Position numbers and translations under genes: made by a program
In this document: piece by piece, positions 29,408-39,197 of the stretch
Layout of the letters: the number at the start of each line of letters is the position of its first letter
Position numbering within the stretch: position 1 is the stretch's first letter
NCBI GenBank assembly: GCA_965263355.1
Contig: CBDHHL010000014.1
Span: 38,312 to 102,311 of the forward strand
DNA from: Leptolyngbyaceae cyanobacterium
Lineage (GTDB): Bacteria; Cyanobacteriota; Cyanobacteriia; Phormidesmidales; Phormidesmidaceae
DNA: 64,000 bases
Reading direction: 5' to 3'
The notes under the pieces: model-generated
The model's input: only the letters and a program-made list of their open reading frames with translations
Told to the model about the DNA's origin: nothing
Database searches by the model: none

Positions 29408-29779
29408 ATGAACACTGAAAAAAGCTTTTACATAAAAGAAACCTCGACAGGGGTTGAATACTCTAGGGATGGGATTGAATTCCAATCTGGCGATTATTGC
29501 CAAGTGGTTCTTGCCACAGAGAATATTCGCCATGCTATTGCTCGCTTTTCCAACACAGGACACAGCCAGCTTGCATTAGACGCTGGCGGCGAAGTTATTG
29601 AGGTTACCGAAGGTTGGTACGGTGGCGCAAAGAAAACTGTAAAAGTTTCACTGGCGTTGCTTGAAACGTTCTGCGAGCAATTTGCACCGGCTGAAAATGA
29701 CCACACCGGCATGATGCAGACATCCACCGGGGAGTGGATCATGGCTGATGACTGGGACGCAATTGAGGGAAATGTGTAA
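29408..29779 (+). CDS. Hypothetical acidic protein
   Basis: 123 aa downstream of the palindrome CACACAC-N10-GTGTGTG (29351-29374). Confidence 0.6.
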   Translation: MNTEKSFYIKETSTGVEYSRDGIEFQSGDYCQVVLATENIRHAIARFSNTGHSQLALDAGGEVIEVTEGWYGGAKKTVKVSLALLETFCEQFAPAENDHTGMMQTSTGEWIMADDWDAIEGNV

Positions 29780-29784
29780 GTGCC

Positions 29785-29961
29785 ATGAAAAGCAATCCAC
29801 GCAATGCAGGCGCTAAGCCATTGGGAGACGAGCCCAGGCAACGGACTAACGTCATGTTAGACCCTGCGTTAAAGGCTAGGGCAAGCAATAAGGCCAATGA
29901 TCTGGGGACAAGCCTTAGTCAGTTGATTAATGACGCGATCGCTGCCTACCTATCGCACTAA
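29785..29961 (+). CDS. Ribbon-helix-helix (CopG-like) regulator, 58 aa, not in the ORF track
   Basis: MKSNPRNAGAKPLGDEPRQRTNVMLDPALKARASNKANDLGTSLSQLINDAIAAYLSH. Confidence 0.75.
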   Translation: MKSNPRNAGAKPLGDEPRQRTNVMLDPALKARASNKANDLGTSLSQLINDAIAAYLSH

Positions 29962-30941
29962 AACCAGCTAAATGAATCCACCGACCGTCAGGCATGAAAG
30001 CTTGGCGGTTTTTTAGTGGCCATTTTTTTTGCCGCTTCCCCTTCCCCCCTTTCTAGAACGACGAGCAAGGGCGGTGTGTGCCAGTTATTTCAATGCACAT
30101 AGGCGCTTATCTGTCAAATTTTAGCAAACTGTATCATGGTTGTTACAGAATGAAGGGGGTAAAACGCCAAAAACACTGCCAATAAAGGATTCTTATTTTG
30201 ATAAGTCCTAGACTCAGGCATGTACATTGATGTACATATCGTTTGTATCATGGATGTTACAGAATCCAACTTACGAACATAGGACTGGCACACTATTTTT
30301 TTCAAACGGTATAATCTGATACGAAATAGGCAAGGTGCTGAAAGTACTGAAAGCTCGTTAGTGGTGAATAAAAGTCATTCAAAAAATCACTGGGTTTCCC
30401 CTACTAATCCCCTGCTTTTCAGCAGTTATTTCATAGTTATTTCAAGCGCTTTCTGTCGGCTGTATCCCTTGCTATATATACATTATAGCGTTTTCTATGT
30501 CTTAATATTCTATATTTTTTAATTTCAAACTTTCTGTTTTAGAAAAAAATGGAGAGTAAAAAGGGATAATTATAAAAAAGTGGCACAGTGCATATAAAGA
30601 TTTTTAGGCCAGATTTTCAAAGTAAAAAATAGTTTTCAGAGCCCAAAAAAGCCCTTTTTCGGCCTATCCCTTATATATCAATAGATGCAGCGATTCTAGG
30701 TTGTGCATTTACAATGTATTTCTTGATTTTTTTTGTGAATAAACTGAACTTGATTACTCGAATTAGGGGTAGTCAATTACGGACGTTCGTTTTTAGCCCT
30801 CGTTCTGTTTGTGAAGGGGGAAGGGGGAGAGTGTGCCAGTTCGCGAGTTTAGCCTTAGGTTTACCGGTAGTTTTCGCGATGTTATGCCTTGGCCAGTGAG
30901 TGCGATCGCACTCTAAGCCATAATCAAACTGCCTCAGAAAA

Positions 30942-30985
30942 TGTCAAGAAAAGACTTGACAACTGAAATAAAAAAAAGCAATACT
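30942..30985 (+). promoter_or_regulatory. Promoter with operator palindrome TGTCAAG-AAAAGA-CTTGACA
   Basis: TTGACA at 30956-30961, N18, then AATACT. Confidence 0.65.
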
Positions 30986-31012
30986 GTTAGCAACACCGAT
31001 TGAGGCAAGCAA

Positions 31013-31186
31013 ATGACATTCGATACAATCCTTTCCGTCTTGAGCAACGCAATTCAGTCCGGCGCACAGCCCACTCAGCGCAGCCTAGAACTAATGGCCC
31101 AGCACATTGCAAACGCCCAGCTAGACGACGACCAAAGAGACCACCTTGAGGCGATGCTGGAGCAACTGGTTTTCAATCCTGAGTGA
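31013..31186 (+). CDS. Small hypothetical protein, 57 aa, not in the ORF track
   Basis: MTFDTILSVLSNAIQSGAQ...VFNPE; GAGG RBS, own promoter and terminator. Confidence 0.6.
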   Translation: MTFDTILSVLSNAIQSGAQPTQRSLELMAQHIANAQLDDDQRDHLEAMLEQLVFNPE

Positions 31187-31234
31187 TAATGACCAGCGGC
31201 TGTCGCTCGCAATCCATCCCAGTAAACTAACGCT

Positions 31235-31256
31235 AGGGGCTTCGGCCCCTTTTTTT
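31235..31256 (+). terminator. Rho-independent terminator
   Basis: AGGGGC-TTCG-GCCCCT followed by a T run. Confidence 0.85.
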
Positions 31257-31836
31257 ATCGAATATCGAGTCCTAACTCTCTTAACTGCTTAGGTGTGCTG
31301 GAACTAGCCTTGAGCGCTGCTGCACGGTCAGCATTGCTAGCTCCTGACCACATTTTATTTAACTTATATTTGCCTACCTCGTAGGCCTGCTTAGCAGTTG
31401 CTACAGATAGAGATCCGATACTTTCTCCACGACCACGGGCAATATCATTTTTAAGATTGTTAGCGAAGGTCAGAGTAGCCAGAAATCCACCACCGGATGT
31501 ATCGACCATTTGCGATCGCGTTGGCTTGGCATAGCTAGAGTTCCAATCCATGCGGGCCATGGTGCCGTCGTTGTCAAATACACGCAAGTTTTGAGCTGAG
31601 ACTATCTCGCTCATGGCTGTTGCGGCTGCATCGTTGGGGAGAGCAGAGGTTAAAGTTATTTCTGCATTAGCGGCAATTGGTTCTAATTTTTTTTCGGATT
31701 CAGCAGCCAAAAAAGTTGAGTCAGAAATGCCACCACTACCGGAGCCACTACCAGCAACTTTCTGGCTGCTATGATTTCCGGCCTTTACGGCAGAACCGCC
31801 ATTGCCAACTTGAATCATAAATATTGCTGGCTCCAT
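31255..31836 (-). CDS. Hypothetical protein co-transcribed with the radical SAM gene
   Basis: 193-aa ORF with a G/S-rich N-terminus. Confidence 0.55.
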   Translation of the reverse strand: MEPAIFMIQVGNGGSAVKAGNHSSQKVAGSGSGSGGISDSTFLAAESEKKLEPIAANAEITLTSALPNDAAATAMSEIVSAQNLRVFDNDGTMARMDWNSSYAKPTRSQMVDTSGGGFLATLTFANNLKNDIARGRGESIGSLSVATAKQAYEVGKYKLNKMWSGASNADRAAALKASSSTPKQLRELGLDIR

Positions 31837-33098
31837 AATCCGTTTGCCTCAGGATTAAACACTAATATAGGATGCCCTTCTTTATCCGTCCAACGAGACC
31901 AGCCTACAGTCCCGTCAGACTGCCGTTCATAATCGCCAGCCCACTGGAAACAGCCAACATTAGCAGGGCACAGGACAGAATCTAACCAATCCCATATTAA
32001 GCCCAGCAATTCTTGATACGTCATTTGATTAGTGATTCCCAAGTCGCGAGTCTTAGACCAAAATCCAGGGCCAGCCACGGCACCAATATGTTGCCCAATC
32101 GGCCATACACCCTCAGGAAGGCTAGGCAGCATCAGGTCTAACCAAGCCTCAAAATAAATAAGATCGCCAGGTTCATGAAAATCATGGCACCAATTGACGA
32201 ACTCCTGCATCATTGGATATCGAGTGGGATAAGTTTCTATATAAGGCTTAAAGTATTCTGTTCGTTGCGGCTGCTGATTATCGTAAACAGCCAATCCAAT
32301 CTCGTCGGCTTTGGCTCTAAGTGCTGATAACGTCTCAGCGATCGCAGGATAATTTTTATGATTCCTTGGCAGCGCCATATCCAAGATCTCATCCCCCAGC
32401 CGCTTTTTGTCAGCGACAGACATTTTTGAAATTTGCTTGTGGCTTAAGTGTAAGGGTTGAATCCACATGCCCTCAACACCGATGCTGTGCAATGTTGTGA
32501 CCATCAATTCAGGGTCAGGCAACCACTGAGGCACGACTGGATTAACGCCAACACAAACACGATGGCCATGGGTGATTAGTGTTTCAATCATCTCTAGCCG
32601 TAACGATGGCCTAGGCGCACCAGGGGCAGATACTTTCTTTCCGATGTCATCGTCTAGCGTCTCTAGTGACACATAGAACACTGTCGGCTTGATTAGATCC
32701 AGTGCTGAACAGTGATATTTGTTTGGTTTTTTGAGCAGGCCATGGCCCCCTTTGGTTTGAAGGGAACAGGGGATATCTAATTCTGATAGTGTCTCTAAAA
32801 TCCGCAAGCTTAGTTCGTAGTTATTGCCTGCAAATGGGTCTATGTGATTACTAAATTGGATCGGGTATCCAGACCTCAGTAAATGTTTTTCTAGGGTTAG
32901 CTTGCCAGGGGAAAAAGCATTTTTGAGTAGGCCGAATATCTGGCTAGTGTTAGCGACGCGATCGGGTTTATTCAGGTTGGCAAAGCAGAATGGACAATGG
33001 TGACTGCACACATTCAGGCTTAGCTCTAGCGGGCATGGGGCGTTCAGTAAAAAACCTCCATAGTATGTGGTTAGTGATTGCTTTTCCATCGCCGCCAC
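31815..33098 (-). CDS. Radical SAM protein (SPL-like)
   Basis: CSHHCPFC (Cx3Cx2C), DPF, QTKG and PGAPRPSLRL motifs. Confidence 0.85.
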   Translation of the reverse strand: MAAMEKQSLTTYYGGFLLNAPCPLELSLNVCSHHCPFCFANLNKPDRVANTSQIFGLLKNAFSPGKLTLEKHLLRSGYPIQFSNHIDPFAGNNYELSLRILETLSELDIPCSLQTKGGHGLLKKPNKYHCSALDLIKPTVFYVSLETLDDDIGKKVSAPGAPRPSLRLEMIETLITHGHRVCVGVNPVVPQWLPDPELMVTTLHSIGVEGMWIQPLHLSHKQISKMSVADKKRLGDEILDMALPRNHKNYPAIAETLSALRAKADEIGLAVYDNQQPQRTEYFKPYIETYPTRYPMMQEFVNWCHDFHEPGDLIYFEAWLDLMLPSLPEGVWPIGQHIGAVAGPGFWSKTRDLGITNQMTYQELLGLIWDWLDSVLCPANVGCFQWAGDYERQSDGTVGWSRWTDKEGHPILVFNPEANGLWSQQYL

Positions 33099-33736
33099 AT
33101 TTCCTTAAATGCTTTGCCATCCGTAGCATATCCCAGCCGCTCTTTGTCCTGATTCCATTCAAACATTTCATCCTGAGTCAATACGATCGCTAACGGCACT
33201 TTGTCGCTATCGCCTAATGGCGGCATTTGCTCAGGTTCGAGGTTTTGCTGGGGTTCAGGGTTTTGTTGAGGTTCGCGATCGCTGTTGGTGAGTTCTTCAT
33301 CTGTGTCTAATAAAACGGCTTGCTCAGTAGGCAACCAAAAATCATCAATATCAAGCAGTCCCGTGTTATTAGCTTCAAGCAATACTGTAGGCTCCCAGCT
33401 AAGATTCACTTCAGCAATTCGGTTGTGTGCGACTCCGAGCCTCACTGCTTTGGCATCGTCAGCAGTAGGAATATCAGTGCGCCTAAGATAAATCGGCATG
33501 CTTCCATCATGATCTAAAACCAGTACCTTACCTGAGTCTGACAGTGTTTCTCGCCTAGCGGAACCGTGATAAATCTGATTGTTAGCAGCCATCTCACCAG
33601 CACCCGACCAACCATCTCGCGAGATAGAGTTGTCAAGCATGGTCATACCCCGGTCGGTGTGTTGGTTGGCGTTATTTTCCTGAGGTAAGATTTGATCAAG
33701 GTCCAGAATTGTAAGGCGATTTTCTAGATTTTCCAT
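33071..33736 (-). CDS. ParB/Srx-like N-terminal domain protein
   Basis: NANQH...LDNSI...G...HGSARR and AHNRIAE..W motifs; likely start ATG 33736. Confidence 0.65.
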   Translation of the reverse strand: MENLENRLTILDLDQILPQENNANQHTDRGMTMLDNSISRDGWSGAGEMAANNQIYHGSARRETLSDSGKVLVLDHDGSMPIYLRRTDIPTADDAKAVRLGVAHNRIAEVNLSWEPTVLLEANNTGLLDIDDFWLPTEQAVLLDTDEELTNSDREPQQNPEPQQNLEPEQMPPLGDSDKVPLAIVLTQDEMFEWNQDKERLGYATDGKAFKEMWRRWKSNH

Positions 33737-33750
33737 AGCAAAGTTGTTAA

Positions 33751-33823
33751 GATGGGCCTTGGATGGGCCTAATATCAAGGGTTCTGGGCTTCAGTTGGGC
33801 TAAGGATGGGCTGTAGATGGGCC
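33751..33823. repeat. Six helically phased TGGGC boxes
   Basis: TGGGC at 33753, 33764, 33785, 33796, 33807 and 33818. Confidence 0.75.
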
Positions 33824-34398
33824 AATTGTGGCATAGACAACCGGGGGAACCGGCAAATGCATATGAGGCGTTTAGGGCAGCCTTGGAGCGTGGTGAGCGT
33901 CGAAAGATACTAGAAGTTTATCGCGACTTTAGGGATAAGCCTAATGCGTCATGCTTGCCGGGTAGCTGGAAAACTTGGATTAGGGATTGGGCATGGGATG
34001 ATCGCTTTAAGGCGTTTGATAAATTCAATATTGATGAAGAGATAGCGGCGCAGCAGCAGGCTGATACAGAATTATTTAATAAAAAGCTTGAGGAATATCG
34101 CAAGGCTCACGAAGATGGTGGCAAGTCAGGCTTTAATTTGATTATTACTGGCACCAATGTTCTGAGGCGATTTATTTCTGATTACGACCATCCAAGGGAT
34201 GAGAAGGGCCGGTTTTTATTAGATGAAAATGGGCAAAAATTGGCACCAAAGCGAGAGATAAAGACAGCTAGCGAAGCGCAATCACTGTCTATTGTGGTGG
34301 ATAAATATACGAAAATTAGTAGTGATTGGTGGGATAAAGCGTTAGGCATTCCTGAGTTGCAGGAGCAGTTGGAGGGGATTAATGCCCCGAAAAAGTAA
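33817..34398 (+). CDS. terS: Terminase small subunit
   Basis: W.RQPGE...AY.AF HTH-type N-terminus and W..R...FD; directly upstream of terL. Confidence 0.75.
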   Translation: MGQLWHRQPGEPANAYEAFRAALERGERRKILEVYRDFRDKPNASCLPGSWKTWIRDWAWDDRFKAFDKFNIDEEIAAQQQADTELFNKKLEEYRKAHEDGGKSGFNLIITGTNVLRRFISDYDHPRDEKGRFLLDENGQKLAPKREIKTASEAQSLSIVVDKYTKISSDWWDKALGIPELQEQLEGINAPKK

Positions 34399-35731
34399 GA
34401 GTATTATGTCGCGGGCAGTTGCGAATACTCCGATCATGCAGGCATTGGCTAGGCATGTAGAGCAGCAGCGTGAGGTTCAGCAGATTAATGCAACTGATGC
34501 TTTGCCAAAAACGCCTCAAGAATTGCTGCCAAAAACGCCAGAATGGGCCTTGGGTTTCTTTGAGCCTGCACGGTTTAAGGCTGCATATGGGGGCAGAGCT
34601 TGTGGGAAAAGTCATACATTTGCAGAGCTGATGTTGGCTAGGATGGTTTGTGAGCCTGACTTGCAATGTGTTTGTATTCGTAAATATCGAGTAACGCTTA
34701 CAAACTCAACTCAGCTGCTGTTAAAAAATAAAGTTACTGACCTTGGCTGGGGTGACTATTTTGATGTGCAACAGACGCAAATCAAGCGGAAGGGTGGGAG
34801 GGGATTTATCACTTTTGTCGGGATGCAGGACCATAACGCATCATCGATTAAAGGTTTTGAAAATTTTGGTATTGCGTGGGTTGATGAAGCGTCAGAGATT
34901 GATCAGTTTTCGTTAGATCTTCTTATCCCGACCTTGAGAAGTGAAGGTGCTGAGACTTGGTTTTCATGGAACCCGGATCAACCGACAGACCCAGTTGATT
35001 ATTTTTTTAGAGGGCCGAATTTACCAAAGAATTCGATTATCAAAGGCATCAGTTTTAAGGACAATCCATTTTTAACTCAGACCAGTAAAGACGATGAAGA
35101 ACGGGACCGAATAGCAGACCCAGAAAAGCATGAATGGATCTGGCTTGGAGGCTACAATGTTAAGTCTGATGCAGTTGTGTTTGCGGGCCGCTGGCGTATT
35201 GCAGAGACTGACACAGCCACTTGGGATGGGCCATATTATGGAGCAGACTGGGGTTTTGCTAATGACCCGACTGCTGCTGTTGAGATATGGGTTAGTGGCC
35301 AGCAAGTATACATTAGCCGCGAGAGCTATGCTTATCGATTAGAGACAGACAAGATTGCTAATAGATGGCTTAAAGATATTCCTGGTATGGAGAAAGCCAT
35401 TTGTAGGGCTGATAATGCGCGACCTGAGAGTATAAGCTATTTAAGACGGCATGGATTCCCAAACTTGAGGCCTTGCAGTAAATGGCCAAACTGTGTGGAA
35501 GATGGGATCGACTGGCTAAGAAGCTTTGAAATTTTAGTGCATCCTAATTGTGTTAATACTCAAACGGAGCTTAAACGATATCGTTATAAAGAAAATAAGG
35601 GTGGGGATGTTTTAGCTCAAATCGTGGATAAGGATAATCATATTCTAGACTCCGTACGCTATGGACTAGAACCCTTGATTAGAAAGAGACACACACAATT
35701 TGGTAAAGGAAAAGCTAGGGGCGCGATTTAA
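34382..35731 (+). CDS. terL: Terminase large subunit (PBSX family)
   Basis: GGRACGKS Walker A, WVDEA Walker B, SWNP, GADWGFANDP and DKDNHILDSVRY. Confidence 0.95.
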   Translation: MPRKSKSIMSRAVANTPIMQALARHVEQQREVQQINATDALPKTPQELLPKTPEWALGFFEPARFKAAYGGRACGKSHTFAELMLARMVCEPDLQCVCIRKYRVTLTNSTQLLLKNKVTDLGWGDYFDVQQTQIKRKGGRGFITFVGMQDHNASSIKGFENFGIAWVDEASEIDQFSLDLLIPTLRSEGAETWFSWNPDQPTDPVDYFFRGPNLPKNSIIKGISFKDNPFLTQTSKDDEERDRIADPEKHEWIWLGGYNVKSDAVVFAGRWRIAETDTATWDGPYYGADWGFANDPTAAVEIWVSGQQVYISRESYAYRLETDKIANRWLKDIPGMEKAICRADNARPESISYLRRHGFPNLRPCSKWPNCVEDGIDWLRSFEILVHPNCVNTQTELKRYRYKENKGGDVLAQIVDKDNHILDSVRYGLEPLIRKRHTQFGKGKARGAI

Positions 35732-37083
35732 TGCCGAGCACTGATAAGGCATCATTTAAGCAAGAACATTTCAACAAATACTCAGCTGAATATGAGTTGA
35801 TAGATGATGTTTGGTCGTTGCTAGCTGAGCAAGAAAAGCTTAGGCAATATTTACCAGCTCGTAATAATGAGTCGCCTGAGAGCTATCAGCTGAGATTGCA
35901 AACTACGGTTTTACCAAGCACGTTTAAGGACACGATAGAATCGGGAGCTGGCAGATTAGGGAAGGCAAAAGTAAGTGAAGAGTCATTGCCTCCTATAGAA
36001 GCTTTGGAACTAAATACGAACGGGAGAGGCAAAACGTTAGACCTGTTTGTATTTGAAGTATTTGTTGAGATTTTGAAGAAAGGCTGTTGTGTGATTCTGG
36101 TTGATACAACGGATGAAAGTTCCCCTGCTTTTTTGCAGTTGATTCCGGTTGATTCAATCCAGAATATTGCTATGGAGGATGACAAACTAACTCGTTTGGT
36201 CATCACTGAAAAAGAGTATGTGGCTGATGGTTATGGGGTTAAAGAGGAAAAACGCTATAAAGAGTATTTGCCTGATGAGCTTAAGATTTGGCATGATTCC
36301 GAAGGCGAGTTTAAGCTTGCTGTTGACCCTATCCCATTAACCAATGCAGCTCAAGAGCCTAGGGGTGAAGTTTACGCTCTTTGGATTGGGACTATTGGGG
36401 GTAAGCCTTGGATACCTCCATCGCCACCATTGCTGCAGCTGGCTAAGTTATGCATCCAGCAAATGCATAAGGTTTCTAACTTAGATAGGGCTGAAGATAT
36501 ACAAGCATTGCCCCCAGTGTTGCGGCTATTGCCTGAGACTGCCGATCCGAATGATAAATATGATGACATCATTTGGGATCCTGAATCTGTTGAGGAGGTA
36601 CCTTTTGGTGGCGATATCAGGCCAGCGGCAACTATCAGTAGTGATTTATCACGGTTTCATGTTCGCAATCTTGATAGGCAAGCATTGATGGACAATTTTG
36701 TTAATGCTCATCTACAGGAGCGGGTTCGAACTGATTATCAGGCTAGCAAGGCAGACGAAGCAGAAACATCACGATTAGAGCTATATATTAAAGTTATCCA
36801 GCAAGGGTTTAAAGACGCGTTTCGATTTGTGATGTTGCTGAGCGATCGCACCTATGACCCAGCTGACAACCCAGGCGAGATCATCCTGTCGGCTACTGCT
36901 TACAATAAAGTGACGGACGAAGAAATCAAGCTGCTATCAGATACGTTCAACGCTGGGTTTATGCAATTAGAGATGGCCCAGCAGATATCTAAGCAACAAT
37001 GGGAATCACGGGGCTATGAGATTGACGAGTCGTTATTAGTGAATACGCCGTTTAGCAACAATCAAAACTTGGTGGTCGAGTGA
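35731..37083 (+). CDS. Portal protein (DUF4055-like)
   Basis: YLPAR..ESPESY..RL and PPLLQLA motifs; follows terL. Confidence 0.85.
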   Translation: MPSTDKASFKQEHFNKYSAEYELIDDVWSLLAEQEKLRQYLPARNNESPESYQLRLQTTVLPSTFKDTIESGAGRLGKAKVSEESLPPIEALELNTNGRGKTLDLFVFEVFVEILKKGCCVILVDTTDESSPAFLQLIPVDSIQNIAMEDDKLTRLVITEKEYVADGYGVKEEKRYKEYLPDELKIWHDSEGEFKLAVDPIPLTNAAQEPRGEVYALWIGTIGGKPWIPPSPPLLQLAKLCIQQMHKVSNLDRAEDIQALPPVLRLLPETADPNDKYDDIIWDPESVEEVPFGGDIRPAATISSDLSRFHVRNLDRQALMDNFVNAHLQERVRTDYQASKADEAETSRLELYIKVIQQGFKDAFRFVMLLSDRTYDPADNPGEIILSATAYNKVTDEEIKLLSDTFNAGFMQLEMAQQISKQQWESRGYEIDESLLVNTPFSNNQNLVVE

Positions 37084-37520
37084 TGCCGTTTACAACTACG
37101 CAGAAATCACAATTGTGGGATATTTTCAGCCGAGATACTGACGATTTAGACCCTAGTTCTGGGTTTATGCGGGCTATCATGCTTTTTGAAAATAAAGACA
37201 CTGAATATCCTGAGTATGGGTTGGTTGCAGGCATACAGACAACGCTTGTTAAAATCACTGAGCTGAAACCGCAAGTTGAGGCAGCACAGACATCGAGTGG
37301 GCTAACGACTGAAACCGTAGTTGATCACTATACAAGAGAGTATTCTGATAAAGCCTCCAATCAAATCCTTGGCACAGCGTTACAGCTTAAGGGTTTGATT
37401 CAGGGCATCAGGGATAAATTAAAGCTTGATGATTATATGTTCAATAAACGTAAATCACGGTTGCTAGGCGTTAGACCGATGTATGCCTATCGCCATTATG
37501 GACGTTCACATTTGCGATGA
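37080..37520 (+). CDS. Putative head-tail adaptor
   Basis: 146 aa between portal and minor head gene; positional inference. Confidence 0.4.
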   Translation: MMPFTTTQKSQLWDIFSRDTDDLDPSSGFMRAIMLFENKDTEYPEYGLVAGIQTTLVKITELKPQVEAAQTSSGLTTETVVDHYTREYSDKASNQILGTALQLKGLIQGIRDKLKLDDYMFNKRKSRLLGVRPMYAYRHYGRSHLR

Positions 37521-38338
37521 TAGAACCATTTCAGCCTGAGATAGCTGAAACCGCATCAAGTGAAGATATTGAAGCAGCATTATTAATTACGTTAGCGATT
37601 CTAGCTAGGGCGACAAATAGAACCCCTAGCAAGATTCGTAATTTAATCAATGGAGGGCAGTTTGACCAAGAGACGCAGCGGTTTTCTGGTGTGTCTAGCC
37701 TTGAGATACGGAAACTGTTAGACCAGTTGCGCCGATCATTAAGTAGACGGTCATTAAGAGCAACCGAACAACTGCTGAGTGGTGATATTACATTGGCTCA
37801 ATGGCAATTAATTATTACTGAAGAAACTAAAAATTATTCTATTGTGGCAGCCGCTTTAGCGATTGGGGGGCTTGCGATTATTAGGAGCTTATCCAGACAG
37901 CAAAGCCGATTATTTTGGTTAGGGATAGATCGGGCATTGCGCAGACAAATAGATGGATTATCTCGCGTTACTGCCAGGATTGGGAATGGTATCTATACGC
38001 CTGATCGGGTTCGTTGGTATGGGGATTATAAGTCTTCGTCTGTTGTTGGTTCATACAACCAGGCTCGAAAACTAGGGCTGATGGTGACCGGGTTTAATGA
38101 AGGGCGACGATGGATGGACCCGGCAGCTAATCATTGCGTTGATTGCCCTGCTTATGAAACCGATTGGACAGATATCACAAACATAGTGCCTGTTGGTGTT
38201 GCGTGTAGGTGTAATGGTCGATGCCGTTGTACTACTCAGTACAGATTTAACCCAGAACGAATATTGAATGAAACTCTAGAAGAAAAGATTAATCGGGCCG
38301 CAGCGTTTGATAGCACGCTCTTCCGTCGATTAGGCTAA
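37517..38338 (+). CDS. Minor head morphogenesis protein (Mu gpF/SPP1 gp7-like)
   Basis: C-terminal HCVDC...CRCNGRCRC. Confidence 0.7.
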   Translation: MIEPFQPEIAETASSEDIEAALLITLAILARATNRTPSKIRNLINGGQFDQETQRFSGVSSLEIRKLLDQLRRSLSRRSLRATEQLLSGDITLAQWQLIITEETKNYSIVAAALAIGGLAIIRSLSRQQSRLFWLGIDRALRRQIDGLSRVTARIGNGIYTPDRVRWYGDYKSSSVVGSYNQARKLGLMVTGFNEGRRWMDPAANHCVDCPAYETDWTDITNIVPVGVACRCNGRCRCTTQYRFNPERILNETLEEKINRAAAFDSTLFRRLG

Positions 38339-38381
38339 TATTAGGGTGCCACAACATTACACTCTTTAGGAATAGTCAGAA

Positions 38382-39197
38382 ATGTCTGAAGTTCAACAAA
38401 CTGAAAATCAAGATACCCCAGTAGTGGAAGTTAATGGGGAACCATTACCCGTCGAGAAAGAAGTTAATAATTTAGACGGAGTATTATCAACGCTTCAAAA
38501 GTATCAAAAATTTGGAAACTTAAAGGAAATAGAAAAAGCCGTTGAAGCGTCTCAACAATTGACGGCATTAAGCGCAGCCCTCCAAGAAGATGGATTTGAG
38601 CTTGCAACACTGCCATCAAAGTTAAAAGAAATCACAGCAAGATCGGCCAAAGAGGAAGCGCTGGAAAAAGAATTGACCGAACGCTACGAAGCACGAATAA
38701 AGCTTAAAGATACTGAGCATCACCAAGCATTGACTGCAGCTGAAAAACGAGCAGCGCAAGCCGAACAAAGTTTACTAAATAGAAAGCGTTCTGACCAAGT
38801 GCGCCCATTGTTTGCGGCCAATGCTAAGGAAGGGGCTTCTCAAGAATGGGGCTTGTATTGGGAGCAAATTAGTAAATACGTTGAGTTTGAAGAGGGCACA
38901 GATAAGATTGCTAAAATCTTAAAGCCCAACGGTGATCAAGCATTCGTCACCGTGAACAATGAAACAAAAGAAGCGACATTAACTGATCTGTTCGCGGGAA
39001 TTGTTCAAGGCGATTATGGATTCACCCTTGCTAATGCGATGAGACCTATCAGCAGCTCGACGGGTGGAGGGTTAGTTAATCCAGCGACAGGCACAGCGGC
39101 TACTATTAAACAATCTGATTTGGCCAATCTGCCACCGGCTGAGTTGGCAACCGTCAAACAAAAATTAAAGCGAGGTGAAATCAGAGTAATCCAATGA
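38382..39197 (+). CDS. Capsid scaffolding protein
   Basis: Acidic coiled coil with a G-rich C-terminal linker, upstream of the capsid gene. Confidence 0.7.
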   Translation: MSEVQQTENQDTPVVEVNGEPLPVEKEVNNLDGVLSTLQKYQKFGNLKEIEKAVEASQQLTALSAALQEDGFELATLPSKLKEITARSAKEEALEKELTERYEARIKLKDTEHHQALTAAEKRAAQAEQSLLNRKRSDQVRPLFAANAKEGASQEWGLYWEQISKYVEFEEGTDKIAKILKPNGDQAFVTVNNETKEATLTDLFAGIVQGDYGFTLANAMRPISSSTGGGLVNPATGTAATIKQSDLANLPPAELATVKQKLKRGEIRVIQ

